From: Sulfurospirillum sp.
GTDB taxonomy: Bacteria > Campylobacterota > Campylobacteria > Campylobacterales > Sulfurospirillaceae
NCBI GenBank assembly: GCA_045047115.1
Contig: JASFYR010000021.1
Location: forward strand, 1 to 64,000
DNA length: 64,000 nucleotides
Reading direction: 5' to 3'
Made by a program: the position numbers and the translations under genes. The notes beneath the pieces are model-generated. The model ran no database searches and had not been told where the DNA came from. It saw nothing but the letters and a program-made list of their open reading frames with translations. This document shows positions 19,642 to 30,225 of this stretch, one piece after another; the stretch's first letter is position 1; every line of letters starts with the position of its first letter.

Positions 19642-20040
19642 CTACTCATCAACCCCTCGGATATAGAACTTGAACGAATCTATCTTTGGTGTTACTGCTA
19701 AATCCTTGAGTATTATCGAGTCTTTTGCATCGATATATACTTCTCTCCAGCTTGATTTATCTTTAGCTATTTCAAAGCCACTCTCATCATACCAAATAAA
19801 CTTATATTCCAAATAGTGTCTGTTTGTATCTCGATTTTTTACCGTAACTCTAGCATCAAGCAGGTTATATACAAATCTTGAATCAGAACCGACTATTTTT
19901 ATATTATAAGACAATGGAATATCATTGATGATAATTGTGTCGCTATCACTTTGAAATGTATTGCTCGCTGTATTATCGTCGGCTTGTACTGCATTTAGAC
20001 CAAACACCAACAGCAAAATAAGTAGTATTTTTTGCATCAT
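19642..20040 (-). CDS. YcfL/DUF1425-like secreted protein
   Basis: Signal peptide; LEYKFIWYDESGFEI...W motif typical of YcfL. Confidence 0.75.
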   Translation of the reverse strand: MMQKILLILLLVFGLNAVQADDNTASNTFQSDSDTIIINDIPLSYNIKIVGSDSRFVYNLLDARVTVKNRDTNRHYLEYKFIWYDESGFEIAKDKSSWREVYIDAKDSIILKDLAVTPKIDSFKFYIRGVDE

Positions 20041-20042
20041 TT

Positions 20043-20480
20043 CTATTTTGCCTTTTGAATACAATTATTTCCACATCCTACTTTTAAGAGAACATCTTTT
20101 GCTTTATAATTCGGAGCATCTAACACCATTCTTTTGGCATCACCGGGATATAGTCTTATTTTTCTCGCTTGCGGATAAGTTGATATCTGCACTCCTCTAT
20201 CATCTGACCATTTTGGATCTACAATTAGGTTATATATATCATCAGAGTTGTTATTTATGATACACTGAAGCTCTCTTCTGTTTTTTCCATATGATATTCT
20301 AGCATCTGTAATCTCAATATTTTTTCTCACCTTAGTATTACTTATAAAGACACTTATGCCCTTAGGGTAACTAGACTCGTAAACTTTGGAAACTCTACTT
20401 ACTCTAGGAGAGTTGTTAGCACATGCACTAAATGTAATTCCTACTGCTACTATTATAATCAAACTTAAACTTTTTCTCAT
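20043..20480 (-). CDS. YcfL/DUF1425-like lipoprotein
   Basis: Lipobox FSAC; KWSDDRG and APNYKA resemble YcfL motifs. Confidence 0.7.
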   Translation of the reverse strand: MRKSLSLIIIVAVGITFSACANNSPRVSRVSKVYESSYPKGISVFISNTKVRKNIEITDARISYGKNRRELQCIINNNSDDIYNLIVDPKWSDDRGVQISTYPQARKIRLYPGDAKRMVLDAPNYKAKDVLLKVGCGNNCIQKAK

Positions 20481-20492
20481 ATTTTCTTCTCC

Positions 20493-21710
20493 TTATTGAA
20501 ATCGAACAACTATTATGTTGTTGCCCTTATCTTTTGCCTGAATCTTGAACCCAATAGCATCAGCCATATCATAGAGATCAAAGACCAAATCATCTGTGTC
20601 TATTTCACTGTTTGTTCCAAAATTATAAACCTGCTCAAAATCCTTACTCTCAGCTGAATTTCTCTTTGGTCTTGCGCCCAATTTTTTTATAACATCTTTG
20701 ACTATTTTTATCTTATTTCTATTTTTAGAGTCATAAGTAACGCCACTAATAATTATAGTATAGAAGTATTTGTATTTTTTTATTTTTGATACTTTTTTGA
20801 CTCTGGTTTTCTTTCTAATACTTCTTAGAATATTGTTTGTAATCTCCCTGCTTGCTATATCAGCAGCTTTCCTATAAAGCTTAAACTTTAACTGGTCTTT
20901 AGTTGCTCCAAAACTCTCTATATCTTTAGAACGGATGGCATTATCAACTCTACCCGTTTGCGTATTTAACATATTCATTCTGTATATTAAAGAACCATTT
21001 AGATTGCCATAACTATCTTTACCTGTAAGATGAAATTTAAGATTTGTTAATTTAAAGAGATAGTTTACACTTTTATTGTTTTTACACTCTTGCAATTTTT
21101 CTTTTATCGCCATTAAAGCACTTTTATAAGCAGAACCCTTTGCTTTATATTTTTTGTATTGTCTCTCTATAGAGGCACATTTATTTCCTCTAGCACCTAC
21201 TTGTGTACCTTTTTTTACAACTCTCAAAGAGTTGCCACTATCGTTTATACTTCCTTGTAGATTTGTTATAAAATCACGGCTTAAATCATTATCCACTTCG
21301 TCTACAAGCACTATATCCAGATTTTCAACGCTATCCCTACCCATAGTTGTGCTACTATTTGATTTTTCAGCAACAATGGCTTTTATCTGCTCAAGATTTA
21401 AGTTTGCTAGGACCAAGCACTCATATCCATCTTCACCCAAGTTATTGCATTTTGTTCTTGGACTTCTAAAGTATGTTTTTTGAAACTCTACAAAATCTTT
21501 ATCCATATCTGCTTTAAAAGACTCTTTAACATTGCCAACATAGCTACTTGCACCCATAATTTTATCTAATGCTTGTTCAAAAACAACCCAATAGGCATTT
21601 TGTATAGCCTCCTGCTTTGTGGGAGCTTGTTCTGCGGCCCTTACTCTTACCATGTTAGCACTCAATGCCATGCACAATATAAGCAGTACTGCTACTATTT
21701 TATTTACCAT
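20493..21710 (-). CDS. Secreted hypothetical protein
   Basis: ATG 21710 coupled to the upstream stop (TAATG); signal peptide; N-terminal 'TKQEAIQNA' resembles the LPP20/FlgT-N helix. Confidence 0.7.
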   Translation of the reverse strand: MVNKIVAVLLILCMALSANMVRVRAAEQAPTKQEAIQNAYWVVFEQALDKIMGASSYVGNVKESFKADMDKDFVEFQKTYFRSPRTKCNNLGEDGYECLVLANLNLEQIKAIVAEKSNSSTTMGRDSVENLDIVLVDEVDNDLSRDFITNLQGSINDSGNSLRVVKKGTQVGARGNKCASIERQYKKYKAKGSAYKSALMAIKEKLQECKNNKSVNYLFKLTNLKFHLTGKDSYGNLNGSLIYRMNMLNTQTGRVDNAIRSKDIESFGATKDQLKFKLYRKAADIASREITNNILRSIRKKTRVKKVSKIKKYKYFYTIIISGVTYDSKNRNKIKIVKDVIKKLGARPKRNSAESKDFEQVYNFGTNSEIDTDDLVFDLYDMADAIGFKIQAKDKGNNIIVVRFQ

Positions 21711-23056
21711 TAATACTCCTTGCAAAATTCTTGATAATCAAAATCAACTATTTTTTTTCTCTGTTTTACTATATTTAAAATTAGATTTTTTAATTTAGGT
21801 GCCATTTTTTCTATGGATTTTCGAAGAGTCTTTGTTATTTTATTTTTTTGGATATAGCTCAACTTATTAACTATATTATATCCGAAACTTGCCTGACCTA
21901 CCGCCATTTTTTTCTTTTTAATTATATCGGATGGTAAGCTCATACCATCTATCTTTTTTTTACCCTCTATAGACAAGACCACTCTTGACGCTATGCTTGA
22001 TTTTATATATCTTCCACTGTTTACATCCTCTGCTTTTACAAGTTTATCATATAACTCGCTAACAATCGCCTCTATAAAATAGCCATCAACATAAACAACA
22101 GAACTTCCACTTTTAATATACGAACAAGTTTTCTTTAGTTTTCTAATCAAAACTTCAGAGTCGTTATCTGTACTTGTATTGATAAATACACTATTTATCC
22201 GTTTTAGATAATCTTTCCAATTTTTAAATATTCTTTTATTTAGCATATCTGGATACAGAAGAACAACATCATCCAGTCTTTTGTCTGCTCTAATCTCTTT
22301 TATAAGAGCCTCTTGCAGGATTATCAAAATCTGTTCTTTAGCACTTTTTTTATCTCCAAAAACCTTTAAAGCTAATTTTTTGGAGTTTTTACCAATTACT
22401 ATCTTGTCTATAGAAAAATATATATCATCACTTGTAAAACTTTTAACTTTTTTGGAGTGCTTATCTGCTATGATTGCATCTATAAGGTCGCCCAAAGCTT
22501 TCTTGTAAAAGTTTTTATATCCTTCTTGTAATTTTTTCTCCCTATTGTCTGTTGGCTGTATACCTAAAAGACCGGTAGTTGTGATACCATTTGTATATCT
22601 TACTTCAAAGTTACTATGCAAATCTACTCGATTTGCCTCTTCTCCAATTTGTACGAATGTTAAATTTAGTGTGATGTAAACAAGCTCTTGACCGCTTGCT
22701 AATGTTGTAGAATTCTCAAATGTATTGATATTTAAAAAACCTATTTTTTTATCAACATCATTAGATTGTAATGTGATTTTTTTATAATTTTTATCAAATT
22801 TATCTTTTAAAATTATATTAAATTTACCAACGCCTAGTTTATCTTTGTAATCATTTTTTAAGATTTTTTCTGTAAATTTACTTAACCCCCAACCATCATC
22901 TCTAGTAGACAGCAAATTGGGAGCGACCAGATTTTTTTCCAAACCATGGGTTGTTTCATTATATGTGCCTATAAAAAGTGTAGGCATATTGTTTGCCAAA
23001 AGACTGCCACTTGACAAAAAAAATATATATAGTAGCAGTCTATGCAGTTTTTTCAT
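21710..23056 (-). CDS. Secreted hypothetical protein
   Basis: 448-aa ORF with signal peptide; no family recognised. Confidence 0.7.
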   Translation of the reverse strand: MKKLHRLLLYIFFLSSGSLLANNMPTLFIGTYNETTHGLEKNLVAPNLLSTRDDGWGLSKFTEKILKNDYKDKLGVGKFNIILKDKFDKNYKKITLQSNDVDKKIGFLNINTFENSTTLASGQELVYITLNLTFVQIGEEANRVDLHSNFEVRYTNGITTTGLLGIQPTDNREKKLQEGYKNFYKKALGDLIDAIIADKHSKKVKSFTSDDIYFSIDKIVIGKNSKKLALKVFGDKKSAKEQILIILQEALIKEIRADKRLDDVVLLYPDMLNKRIFKNWKDYLKRINSVFINTSTDNDSEVLIRKLKKTCSYIKSGSSVVYVDGYFIEAIVSELYDKLVKAEDVNSGRYIKSSIASRVVLSIEGKKKIDGMSLPSDIIKKKKMAVGQASFGYNIVNKLSYIQKNKITKTLRKSIEKMAPKLKNLILNIVKQRKKIVDFDYQEFCKEY

Positions 23057-23068
23057 ACTATGCTAAAC

Positions 23069-23911
23069 TTATGAATCTAGTCCATCAAGTTCAGCCTCAG
23101 CTTCTGATGCAATTTTTTTATCTGTTTTGATAGCTTTATTAGCAGCTCTTTTAGCTATATTTTTATTGACTTTACCATTATAAAGAGGACTTGTTACCAA
23201 TGATGTTAGTGTTGGTAAAACAGAGATTGTTGTCTTTAATTGGGAAGCAATAGTAGTTAGATCACTAACATGCTGAATTCCCCAAATCATATTATCTTTT
23301 GCAAACTCTAAAATTTCTTTATCCCAAGCTAATACCATATAACCCGTAATAGGAGTTGCTATAGCAAGCTTTCCCATTGCTGCACTATATTTTGCTTTAT
23401 CTTTGATTTTGGCTTTACCTATCAGTTTTAATAATTTAGTATTATCTTCTATTACACTATCCCTGTATTCTGCCTCTTTTAAAGATTTCTTTTTGTGGGC
23501 AATTTCCTCTTGAAGTATTTGAATCTCTTTTGTTTGAGATACTGATGCCAAGATATCTTCATTTGCATTTGCTATATTGTTTTCAAAATCACCTGTAATT
23601 GTTTTGAGATATTTTAATCTCTTATCTGCTTCACAAGTATTTGTTAGGGGTGTTGGAATTTGTATATTTTTAGCACCAGCAACACTCTTTAAAGCTGATT
23701 CTATTGCGAGAGATAAAACTTTTTTAGTTACCATTTGAGTTAAACTTGTGCTACCGCCTGACATTCTTGGAATACAGTGTTTATCCTTGGTGGAACTATT
23801 ACTAGCAGTAGAGTCTGTCTTGACTCCTGTCACAGCACCTACAATATTACCAAAACCAAAAGCACTTAACATTACCACACTAGACGCACTTAATACTATT
23901 TTTTTTATCAT
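23069..23911 (-). CDS. Secreted helical hypothetical protein
   Basis: Likely start MIKKIVLS (ATG 23911 after AGGA); signal peptide, Ser/Thr linker, helical body. Confidence 0.7.
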   Translation of the reverse strand: MIKKIVLSASSVVMLSAFGFGNIVGAVTGVKTDSTASNSSTKDKHCIPRMSGGSTSLTQMVTKKVLSLAIESALKSVAGAKNIQIPTPLTNTCEADKRLKYLKTITGDFENNIANANEDILASVSQTKEIQILQEEIAHKKKSLKEAEYRDSVIEDNTKLLKLIGKAKIKDKAKYSAAMGKLAIATPITGYMVLAWDKEILEFAKDNMIWGIQHVSDLTTIASQLKTTISVLPTLTSLVTSPLYNGKVNKNIAKRAANKAIKTDKKIASEAEAELDGLDS

Positions 23912-23986
23912 TTTTTTCCTTACAGATAATTTTAATTTATAAAATGATACAATTTTTAAACTTAAATTTTTCACAAAGGACAATGG

Positions 23987-25354
23987 ATGAAGAAAAGATT
24001 AATTTTTTCCATATTAGCTGTAACTCTACTGCAAATAACTATTTTTGCAAAGGATGTTCAGATTAGACAAAAAGATATAGTAGAGATAAACAATTATACA
24101 CAAAGTGCTTCACCCATCGACATAGATGACCAGATAGAAAATCAAATTCAAAAATATGCACAGAATCATAATTTTGAATTTGGGGTTGATGCAAAAAGAG
24201 GAAAATATTTTATATATGATATAGAATCTGTTGCTCTAAAACCAACAGATCCTGATTTTGTGAAAAGTTTATCTGTAGCTTATGAAAAAGCTTTTTTTAA
24301 TGCACAAGAAGAGTTTGTCATGGATATATTTGGCAGAACAGTCAGTGAAAAAAAAATGAGTCTATTTGCAAATAACTCAACTGATGCAAAAGAGTTTGCA
24401 TCAGATAAAATTGATAATCAAGGTGTGATGGCTAAAATAGGAAGAATTTTTGACAAAACCCTCTCTTTAACAGAAAAATCACTAGACAATGCCCTTGTTA
24501 AGCTAGGAGTTAATCCATCCAATATAGAAAAATTAAACAAAAAAGAGAAAAATACACTATTAAAAAATAAATTTATAGCACAAACCATGAAAGAAGCCTT
24601 TGGAAGTGTGGCTGGATTTATTCCGATTAAAACTTTTGTAGGAAAAGATACGCAAGGGCAATATGCAGTTGGTGTTATAGCAATGAGAAGTGATAAAACA
24701 TCACAAGTTGCAAAAGATATATCGAGACAAAGATACACAAATATCAAGGGACGAGGCAAAAGCATAAAGGAGATGGTGCCTGCTGATAAAAAAAAGTTAT
24801 TAAATGAATTTGGCTTAAGATTAGTCTTTGATGTGGCAGGTAAACCAGCACTTATCTCTTACGCCCAATGGGGTTTTAACGCTAAAGGATTAGGATCTTA
24901 TATGAAAAATCAGGCCAAGAAAAATGCAAAATCTATGGCTCAGGATATGGCTGACTCCTTTATATCTGATTTCGTAAATGGCAATCTAAAAGCATCATCC
25001 AGGACTGAACACGGAGAGATAGTCAAAAGAGTCTTGGAGAGAGAAGGCGGAGCGGATGGAATGGTTGCAGATAGGACTATCAAAACTATTATAGATAAAA
25101 TCAATAAAAATGCAAAATTAAAATCATCAATGAGATTAGCTGGAATAAGTACAGTGCGAAAATGGTCAACAACAAATAAATTTGGACTTTATGTTGCTGG
25201 TGTTGTGAGAAAATGGACATTTAGCGGATTAGATGAAGCTAAATCTGTCCAAGAAGGCAGGAGGGTAACTCGAGAAACAGAGCATAACAAAAAAAGAACC
25301 TACTCAAATAGCATGAATGGAAGTGCAGAGTATAACACTGTAAACGATTTTTAA
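23987..25354 (+). CDS. Periplasmic protein, Campylobacter Cj0092/DUF6844-like
   Basis: Signal peptide; AYEKAFFNAQEEF and FGLRLVFD...LISYAQWG; precedes a CsgG-like gene as Cj0092 precedes Cj0093 (recalled, not searched). Confidence 0.6.
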   Translation: MKKRLIFSILAVTLLQITIFAKDVQIRQKDIVEINNYTQSASPIDIDDQIENQIQKYAQNHNFEFGVDAKRGKYFIYDIESVALKPTDPDFVKSLSVAYEKAFFNAQEEFVMDIFGRTVSEKKMSLFANNSTDAKEFASDKIDNQGVMAKIGRIFDKTLSLTEKSLDNALVKLGVNPSNIEKLNKKEKNTLLKNKFIAQTMKEAFGSVAGFIPIKTFVGKDTQGQYAVGVIAMRSDKTSQVAKDISRQRYTNIKGRGKSIKEMVPADKKKLLNEFGLRLVFDVAGKPALISYAQWGFNAKGLGSYMKNQAKKNAKSMAQDMADSFISDFVNGNLKASSRTEHGEIVKRVLEREGGADGMVADRTIKTIIDKINKNAKLKSSMRLAGISTVRKWSTTNKFGLYVAGVVRKWTFSGLDEAKSVQEGRRVTRETEHNKKRTYSNSMNGSAEYNTVNDF

Positions 25355-25371
25355 TCAAAAAGGGCAAATAG

Positions 25372-27444
25372 ATGTTTTTAAAATTATTTTTAGCAGCCAT
25401 ATCTATTTCGGTTGTTTTATTTTCAAGTGAAGGCACAAGAGTTGAAAAAACAACAGAAATTAGTGGATATGGAGCAACAAGAGGTGCTGCCATAGAAAAC
25501 GCCTTGATAGAGGCAGTAAAACAAAAAAATGGAGCTTATGTAGCGTCTGTAAAACAAAGTTTTAGTACCTACTCTCAAAATTCTATCTCAGTAAATAACG
25601 CAAATGTCAATATCACAAAAGCCAATGATGCCATGGTGCAGAAGATAAGAGTGGCAACAAGGGGATATATAGATAGTTATGATATAGCTGATATCATAAA
25701 GCGTGATGATGGCTACAAAGCTATCATTGAGATTCATACAATAGAGTACAGAACACCCGGATACAGTGCCAACAACAGGCGAAAAATAGTAATAGTACCC
25801 ACATATACAGAAAATATAGTTTTTAAAGTCTTAAACCATCTAAAAAGTATGAAAAATATTAGCTATAATCTTACTCAAGATCTCATAGATTCTATCACCC
25901 AAACGAGAAAATTTTCAGTTCTCGATAGAGCAAATAAAAAGGCTTACGGGAATGAAGCTAGAGTGATTCTCTCTCCAAATGCCGATAAAGATGAAATTTT
26001 AAAGCTTGGTAAAGTTTTAGGGACTGACTACTTGGTAGTCTCAACGATTAAGGAGTTTAAAATCATCGATAAAAAAACGATGATTCATTCAATAGGACAA
26101 GAGGTTAGCAAATTGAAAGCTTATGCTGTTGTTCATTATCAGATATTGACTATGGCTACTAGGCAGATTAAATGGTCAAATACTTTAAATTTCGAATTCA
26201 CACCAAAGGGCAAAAACAGACAACAGATTTTTTATAATACGCTTAAAAAGATAAGTCTCGCTTTAACAGCAGACATCATAGACAATATCTACCCACTAAG
26301 AATCTCTAAAGTCTCAGCAAATGGAAATGCCATCATAATGCAATCTACAAAACTAGGAACTGTCTACAATGTATATGCTTTGGGGGATAAACTTTATGAT
26401 CCATACACCAAAGAGTTTTTAGGTTATGACGAAGTTAAAACTGGTAAAATCAAGATAGTAAGATCATTAGCAAAAGTCTCTTATGGTGAAGTGATAGAGG
26501 GTGAGATACAACCAAATAGTATCTGCAGAAAAGCTAAAAACAGTTTAAGGGAAGATAAAAAAAAGTACCAAAATCAAGAGCATAGAAGAGATAATTATGG
26601 TAGAAATTCACCTATAAACAGTAAAAAATACATCGCTATAAAATCTTTGAGCATTAGCAAGAAAATAGACAAATATAAATACAGATACATAAAAGATGCA
26701 AATATAGAGCTTAAAATCAAGGATCTTGTAAGCAGATCAAAAAAATATAGAGTTTTAACGAGGAGCAAAGAACAAGCTAGAGCCATGATGGATGAAAATG
26801 CCTTTTCAAATAGTGATATATCTGACAATATAAATAAAGAGTCCATGACTTTTGCAAATACAGACTATCAACTACTGCCAAAAGTAACCAAATTTAAGAT
26901 TCATACAAATTCAGTTAAGATTCCAGATATTGATGCCTATGACAATCAAGACTATATCAAGATGGAATTAAATATAGTAGTTATCAATAGAAAAGGTGAG
27001 GTGATTTTTGAGTCTACAAAATCTGATACATACACAAGAAGTTGGAGCAGTTCCAAAAAATTAAAAAGAAAAAGACCATCTTATAGAAAAATAAATAAAC
27101 TAGCAGGCAAAATAGTCACTGAAGCACTATACGACTTATTAAACAAAAAAGCTCAACTTATGAACAAAAGATTTATAACAGTTGTTGAAGTAAATAAGAG
27201 ATCTATTTATCTTGACATGGGAGGCAATAAAAATATCCAAGAAGGTGATATATTTCCTCTCTACAGAGAACCAAGAATCAAGGTTATAAAAAGAACAGGC
27301 AAAACAAGACTTAGCTATGGAGACAGGATTGCCACTGTTAAAATAAGTGGAATCTATGAAGATGGAACAGAAGCAGTAGTTGTAAAGGGCAAGATTTCTC
27401 ACATAAAAGAGGGGGATGTACTAAGAATGAGAAAAGTTAGATAA
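25372..27444 (+). CDS. CsgG/HfaB/FlgT-like secreted protein (Cj0093-like) with an apparently duplicated module
   Basis: GYGATRGAAIENALIEAV, ITQTRKFSVLDR, GKVLGTDYLVV, DPYTKEFLG. A second module follows: LVSRSKKYRVLTR...EGDIFPLYR...TGKT...EGDVLR. Confidence 0.7.
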   Translation: MFLKLFLAAISISVVLFSSEGTRVEKTTEISGYGATRGAAIENALIEAVKQKNGAYVASVKQSFSTYSQNSISVNNANVNITKANDAMVQKIRVATRGYIDSYDIADIIKRDDGYKAIIEIHTIEYRTPGYSANNRRKIVIVPTYTENIVFKVLNHLKSMKNISYNLTQDLIDSITQTRKFSVLDRANKKAYGNEARVILSPNADKDEILKLGKVLGTDYLVVSTIKEFKIIDKKTMIHSIGQEVSKLKAYAVVHYQILTMATRQIKWSNTLNFEFTPKGKNRQQIFYNTLKKISLALTADIIDNIYPLRISKVSANGNAIIMQSTKLGTVYNVYALGDKLYDPYTKEFLGYDEVKTGKIKIVRSLAKVSYGEVIEGEIQPNSICRKAKNSLREDKKKYQNQEHRRDNYGRNSPINSKKYIAIKSLSISKKIDKYKYRYIKDANIELKIKDLVSRSKKYRVLTRSKEQARAMMDENAFSNSDISDNINKESMTFANTDYQLLPKVTKFKIHTNSVKIPDIDAYDNQDYIKMELNIVVINRKGEVIFESTKSDTYTRSWSSSKKLKRKRPSYRKINKLAGKIVTEALYDLLNKKAQLMNKRFITVVEVNKRSIYLDMGGNKNIQEGDIFPLYREPRIKVIKRTGKTRLSYGDRIATVKISGIYEDGTEAVVVKGKISHIKEGDVLRMRKVR

Positions 27445-27486
27445 TAACGATTTTGGGACTCTCCCCGGAATCGATCAATTTTTACT

Positions 27487-30225
27487 TTAAAAATCCTTTG
27501 CGTATAGTACTCTTACGCCCTCGCCACTCTCTTTAACATCTACATCTATTCTTATGGATTTGCTTAGACTGTATTGGATGATGATACTCGAAATTGTATC
27601 GTTTTTATATACCACTCTTACCTTGTCATTTAGACTAGCTCCCACTTCATAACCAAATCTTTTGTCTTTACTGCTTAGGATATTTAGCGTGTCTATATTG
27701 ATATGTGTAGTATCTTGAAACATCTTTTTTAATCCTGTACCATATAAAAGCGTACCTAAAGATATAGCCGTTTGTGAGTTTTTAGAGTTTTCAAGAGCAC
27801 TGCCTGCAGGTTTTCCAAAAAGTATGTATGACATGATGTCATTTTGATTCATAGGTGGATTTGATGCCAATATAATTAATGGAGAGGCAAGTGTATTTGC
27901 GATAAACACCTTGATCTTAACATCATTTTGAGCAAGGTATAAAAAATTTAGGTTTAAATAGGGATTCATAGGATTTGCACCTCTTAGGTAGACTTCGCTT
28001 TTAAGTAATTCAAACTTTTTTCCACTTTTGCGTATCTCACCATTTTTTATAGTCACCATACCCAAAAATTCCAAAGCCCCTCCCTCCTCTTGGAAGATTG
28101 TAAAATCAGGCACAAACCTCAATCTAACATCTTTTATCTTATAATTTATCGGTTTCTTAGACTCTATATGTACATCTACAGTACGCTTTGAAGCTCTGTT
28201 TTGACGGATATTTTGTATGATGATTATGTCTTCATCTGAGATATCATATCCCTTTTTAGGCTCTACATTTAAAACTCCCCCAAGCAGTGTTATTGTACCT
28301 TTGATGCTCTGTTTTCCGCTTGAATCCAGAGTTGCAGTTATGTTAGCATCAGCTGTTATGTCACCTTCTTTACCCTTGTATCTAAATTTTTTGCCCTTTA
28401 GATGTAGCTTACCCTCTTTTTTGAGCAGGCTTATCACTCCTTTAAGCAAAAGATTATCAAACACCCAAAACTCTTTGAACTCTACCTCACCACTCTTTTT
28501 AAAACTTATTCTGGAAGCTCTGTTTGAGTATATATGGTGATTTAAAATATAAAAACTATATCCGCTTATGAGCGCCTGTGTGTTTTTCAGGGTCGATTTT
28601 ATCCATAGATCTTTGCCCTCATATCTGGTTTTGTTATCCAGCACAACTCTATACCAAGGCATGGCTATCTTGCTTTTGAAGAGTATATCTTTTTTGATAT
28701 TTAGCTTAGATTTTAGATTTACTTTTGCATCAACATAGAAGTTCTTGTTAAATCCGCCCACCCCAACATCTTCTAAAAATTTTCTTAAGGAGGAGAGATT
28801 GGCATTTATACTAAGCGATACTCCACTTTTTTTATCGATGCTACCATTTAAATTAAAATAACCTGTTGCCAAGTTTCCCCATCCTGCCAATGTAGTCTTT
28901 TTTCTAAATAGCGTGACATTTAGCATCTTTGCATCTATGTTTAAAACTCTACTGTCTTTGTCATTATATATGGTTATCTTTGCGGGAGATATCTTATTCA
29001 CTCTATAGTCTTTCCAGATTTTATACTGCGCATTCGGATAGAAAATTGTCTTAAAAAGTCTGCTTTTAGCATCTATCTTATACTTTGCGCTAAGTTTTCC
29101 CGCCACACTCTGTGCAAAAAAACCCCCACTTAGTTTTAGGGGAAAAATATCCAGTCGGGCGGTTGTGCGCATGTCTATCCTGTCGTTTTTAAAAATATCC
29201 GGAAAGTTGTTCAAAAACCTCAAAGTTACGCCTTTCGCAACCCCTTTTATATCATACTTTTTATAATCCCCTTTGACATCAAATTTATACTTTCCTGCCT
29301 CTACATGTAGAGTTATATTTTTACTGTCTCCTCTTAGAGTGGTAAAAATATCGTTAAATGGTAGTTTTCGATCAAAGCGTATAATTTTTGAGTCTATTGT
29401 TGAAGCAAAATCTCCTTTTGTTGTTATATTTCCTTTTTGATTTGCCTGGAGTAGATAGTTGTCTTTTTTGATTTGATACATTGAATTGAACTCTATATTG
29501 CTGGAATTAAAAAGATAATTTAGTGTCAAGTCTATATCTTCAAGAGTGAAAGAGTTTAGTTTTACTCTCTTGATTTTTGAATCCAGTTTTATATCTTTTG
29601 CAGTAGCTGTTAAGTTACAAACAAATGGATATGGGTACTCTTTTAAAGATTTTAGGTATTTTTTATCTGGGTAGAGTTTTGCTTTGCCTTTGAGTGTGTT
29701 TGAGCTTAATGTTCCACTTATCTCTGCTTTTCCATAGTCTTTTGAGGATATGAAGAGTTTTAAATTATTTATGTCCATGTCTTTGGAGTAAGTCAGATTT
29801 GAGGCTTTTACAACCACATCCAACTCTGTGCCCTTTAGATATACTTTTAACCTGTCAAACTCCAATTTTGAGATAGAAAATGGAATGACAAGATTTTTCG
29901 CGGGATGATAATTTTCAGGTTTTATCTCTGCGTCTTTCACCACTACTTTTGAAATATTTGGATTTTTAAGCAAAAGCATCGATATATTGTAAGATATACT
30001 TAATTTTTTTGCACTGAAAACATTTTTGTATTTAACATTTTTTAAGATAATTTTGCTAAAAAGCGTACCTCTTATATCACTATACTCAATCCCTTTGCTT
30101 TTTATATACTTATCGCCGATATATTCCAGAAGCTCGGGGCGAGAGAGAATAATTGATAAAATAACTGTTCCTAATAGTAAAAAAATCGAAATTAAACTAA
30201 AAAATTCGTAACTCTTTTTTATCAA
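27487..30225 (-). CDS. tamB: TamB-like translocation/assembly module protein
   Basis: N-terminal TM, beta-rich body, C-terminal SNPPMNQNDIMSYILFG; coupled to an Omp85 gene. Confidence 0.8.
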   Translation of the reverse strand: MIKKSYEFFSLISIFLLLGTVILSIILSRPELLEYIGDKYIKSKGIEYSDIRGTLFSKIILKNVKYKNVFSAKKLSISYNISMLLLKNPNISKVVVKDAEIKPENYHPAKNLVIPFSISKLEFDRLKVYLKGTELDVVVKASNLTYSKDMDINNLKLFISSKDYGKAEISGTLSSNTLKGKAKLYPDKKYLKSLKEYPYPFVCNLTATAKDIKLDSKIKRVKLNSFTLEDIDLTLNYLFNSSNIEFNSMYQIKKDNYLLQANQKGNITTKGDFASTIDSKIIRFDRKLPFNDIFTTLRGDSKNITLHVEAGKYKFDVKGDYKKYDIKGVAKGVTLRFLNNFPDIFKNDRIDMRTTARLDIFPLKLSGGFFAQSVAGKLSAKYKIDAKSRLFKTIFYPNAQYKIWKDYRVNKISPAKITIYNDKDSRVLNIDAKMLNVTLFRKKTTLAGWGNLATGYFNLNGSIDKKSGVSLSINANLSSLRKFLEDVGVGGFNKNFYVDAKVNLKSKLNIKKDILFKSKIAMPWYRVVLDNKTRYEGKDLWIKSTLKNTQALISGYSFYILNHHIYSNRASRISFKKSGEVEFKEFWVFDNLLLKGVISLLKKEGKLHLKGKKFRYKGKEGDITADANITATLDSSGKQSIKGTITLLGGVLNVEPKKGYDISDEDIIIIQNIRQNRASKRTVDVHIESKKPINYKIKDVRLRFVPDFTIFQEEGGALEFLGMVTIKNGEIRKSGKKFELLKSEVYLRGANPMNPYLNLNFLYLAQNDVKIKVFIANTLASPLIILASNPPMNQNDIMSYILFGKPAGSALENSKNSQTAISLGTLLYGTGLKKMFQDTTHINIDTLNILSSKDKRFGYEVGASLNDKVRVVYKNDTISSIIIQYSLSKSIRIDVDVKESGEGVRVLYAKDF

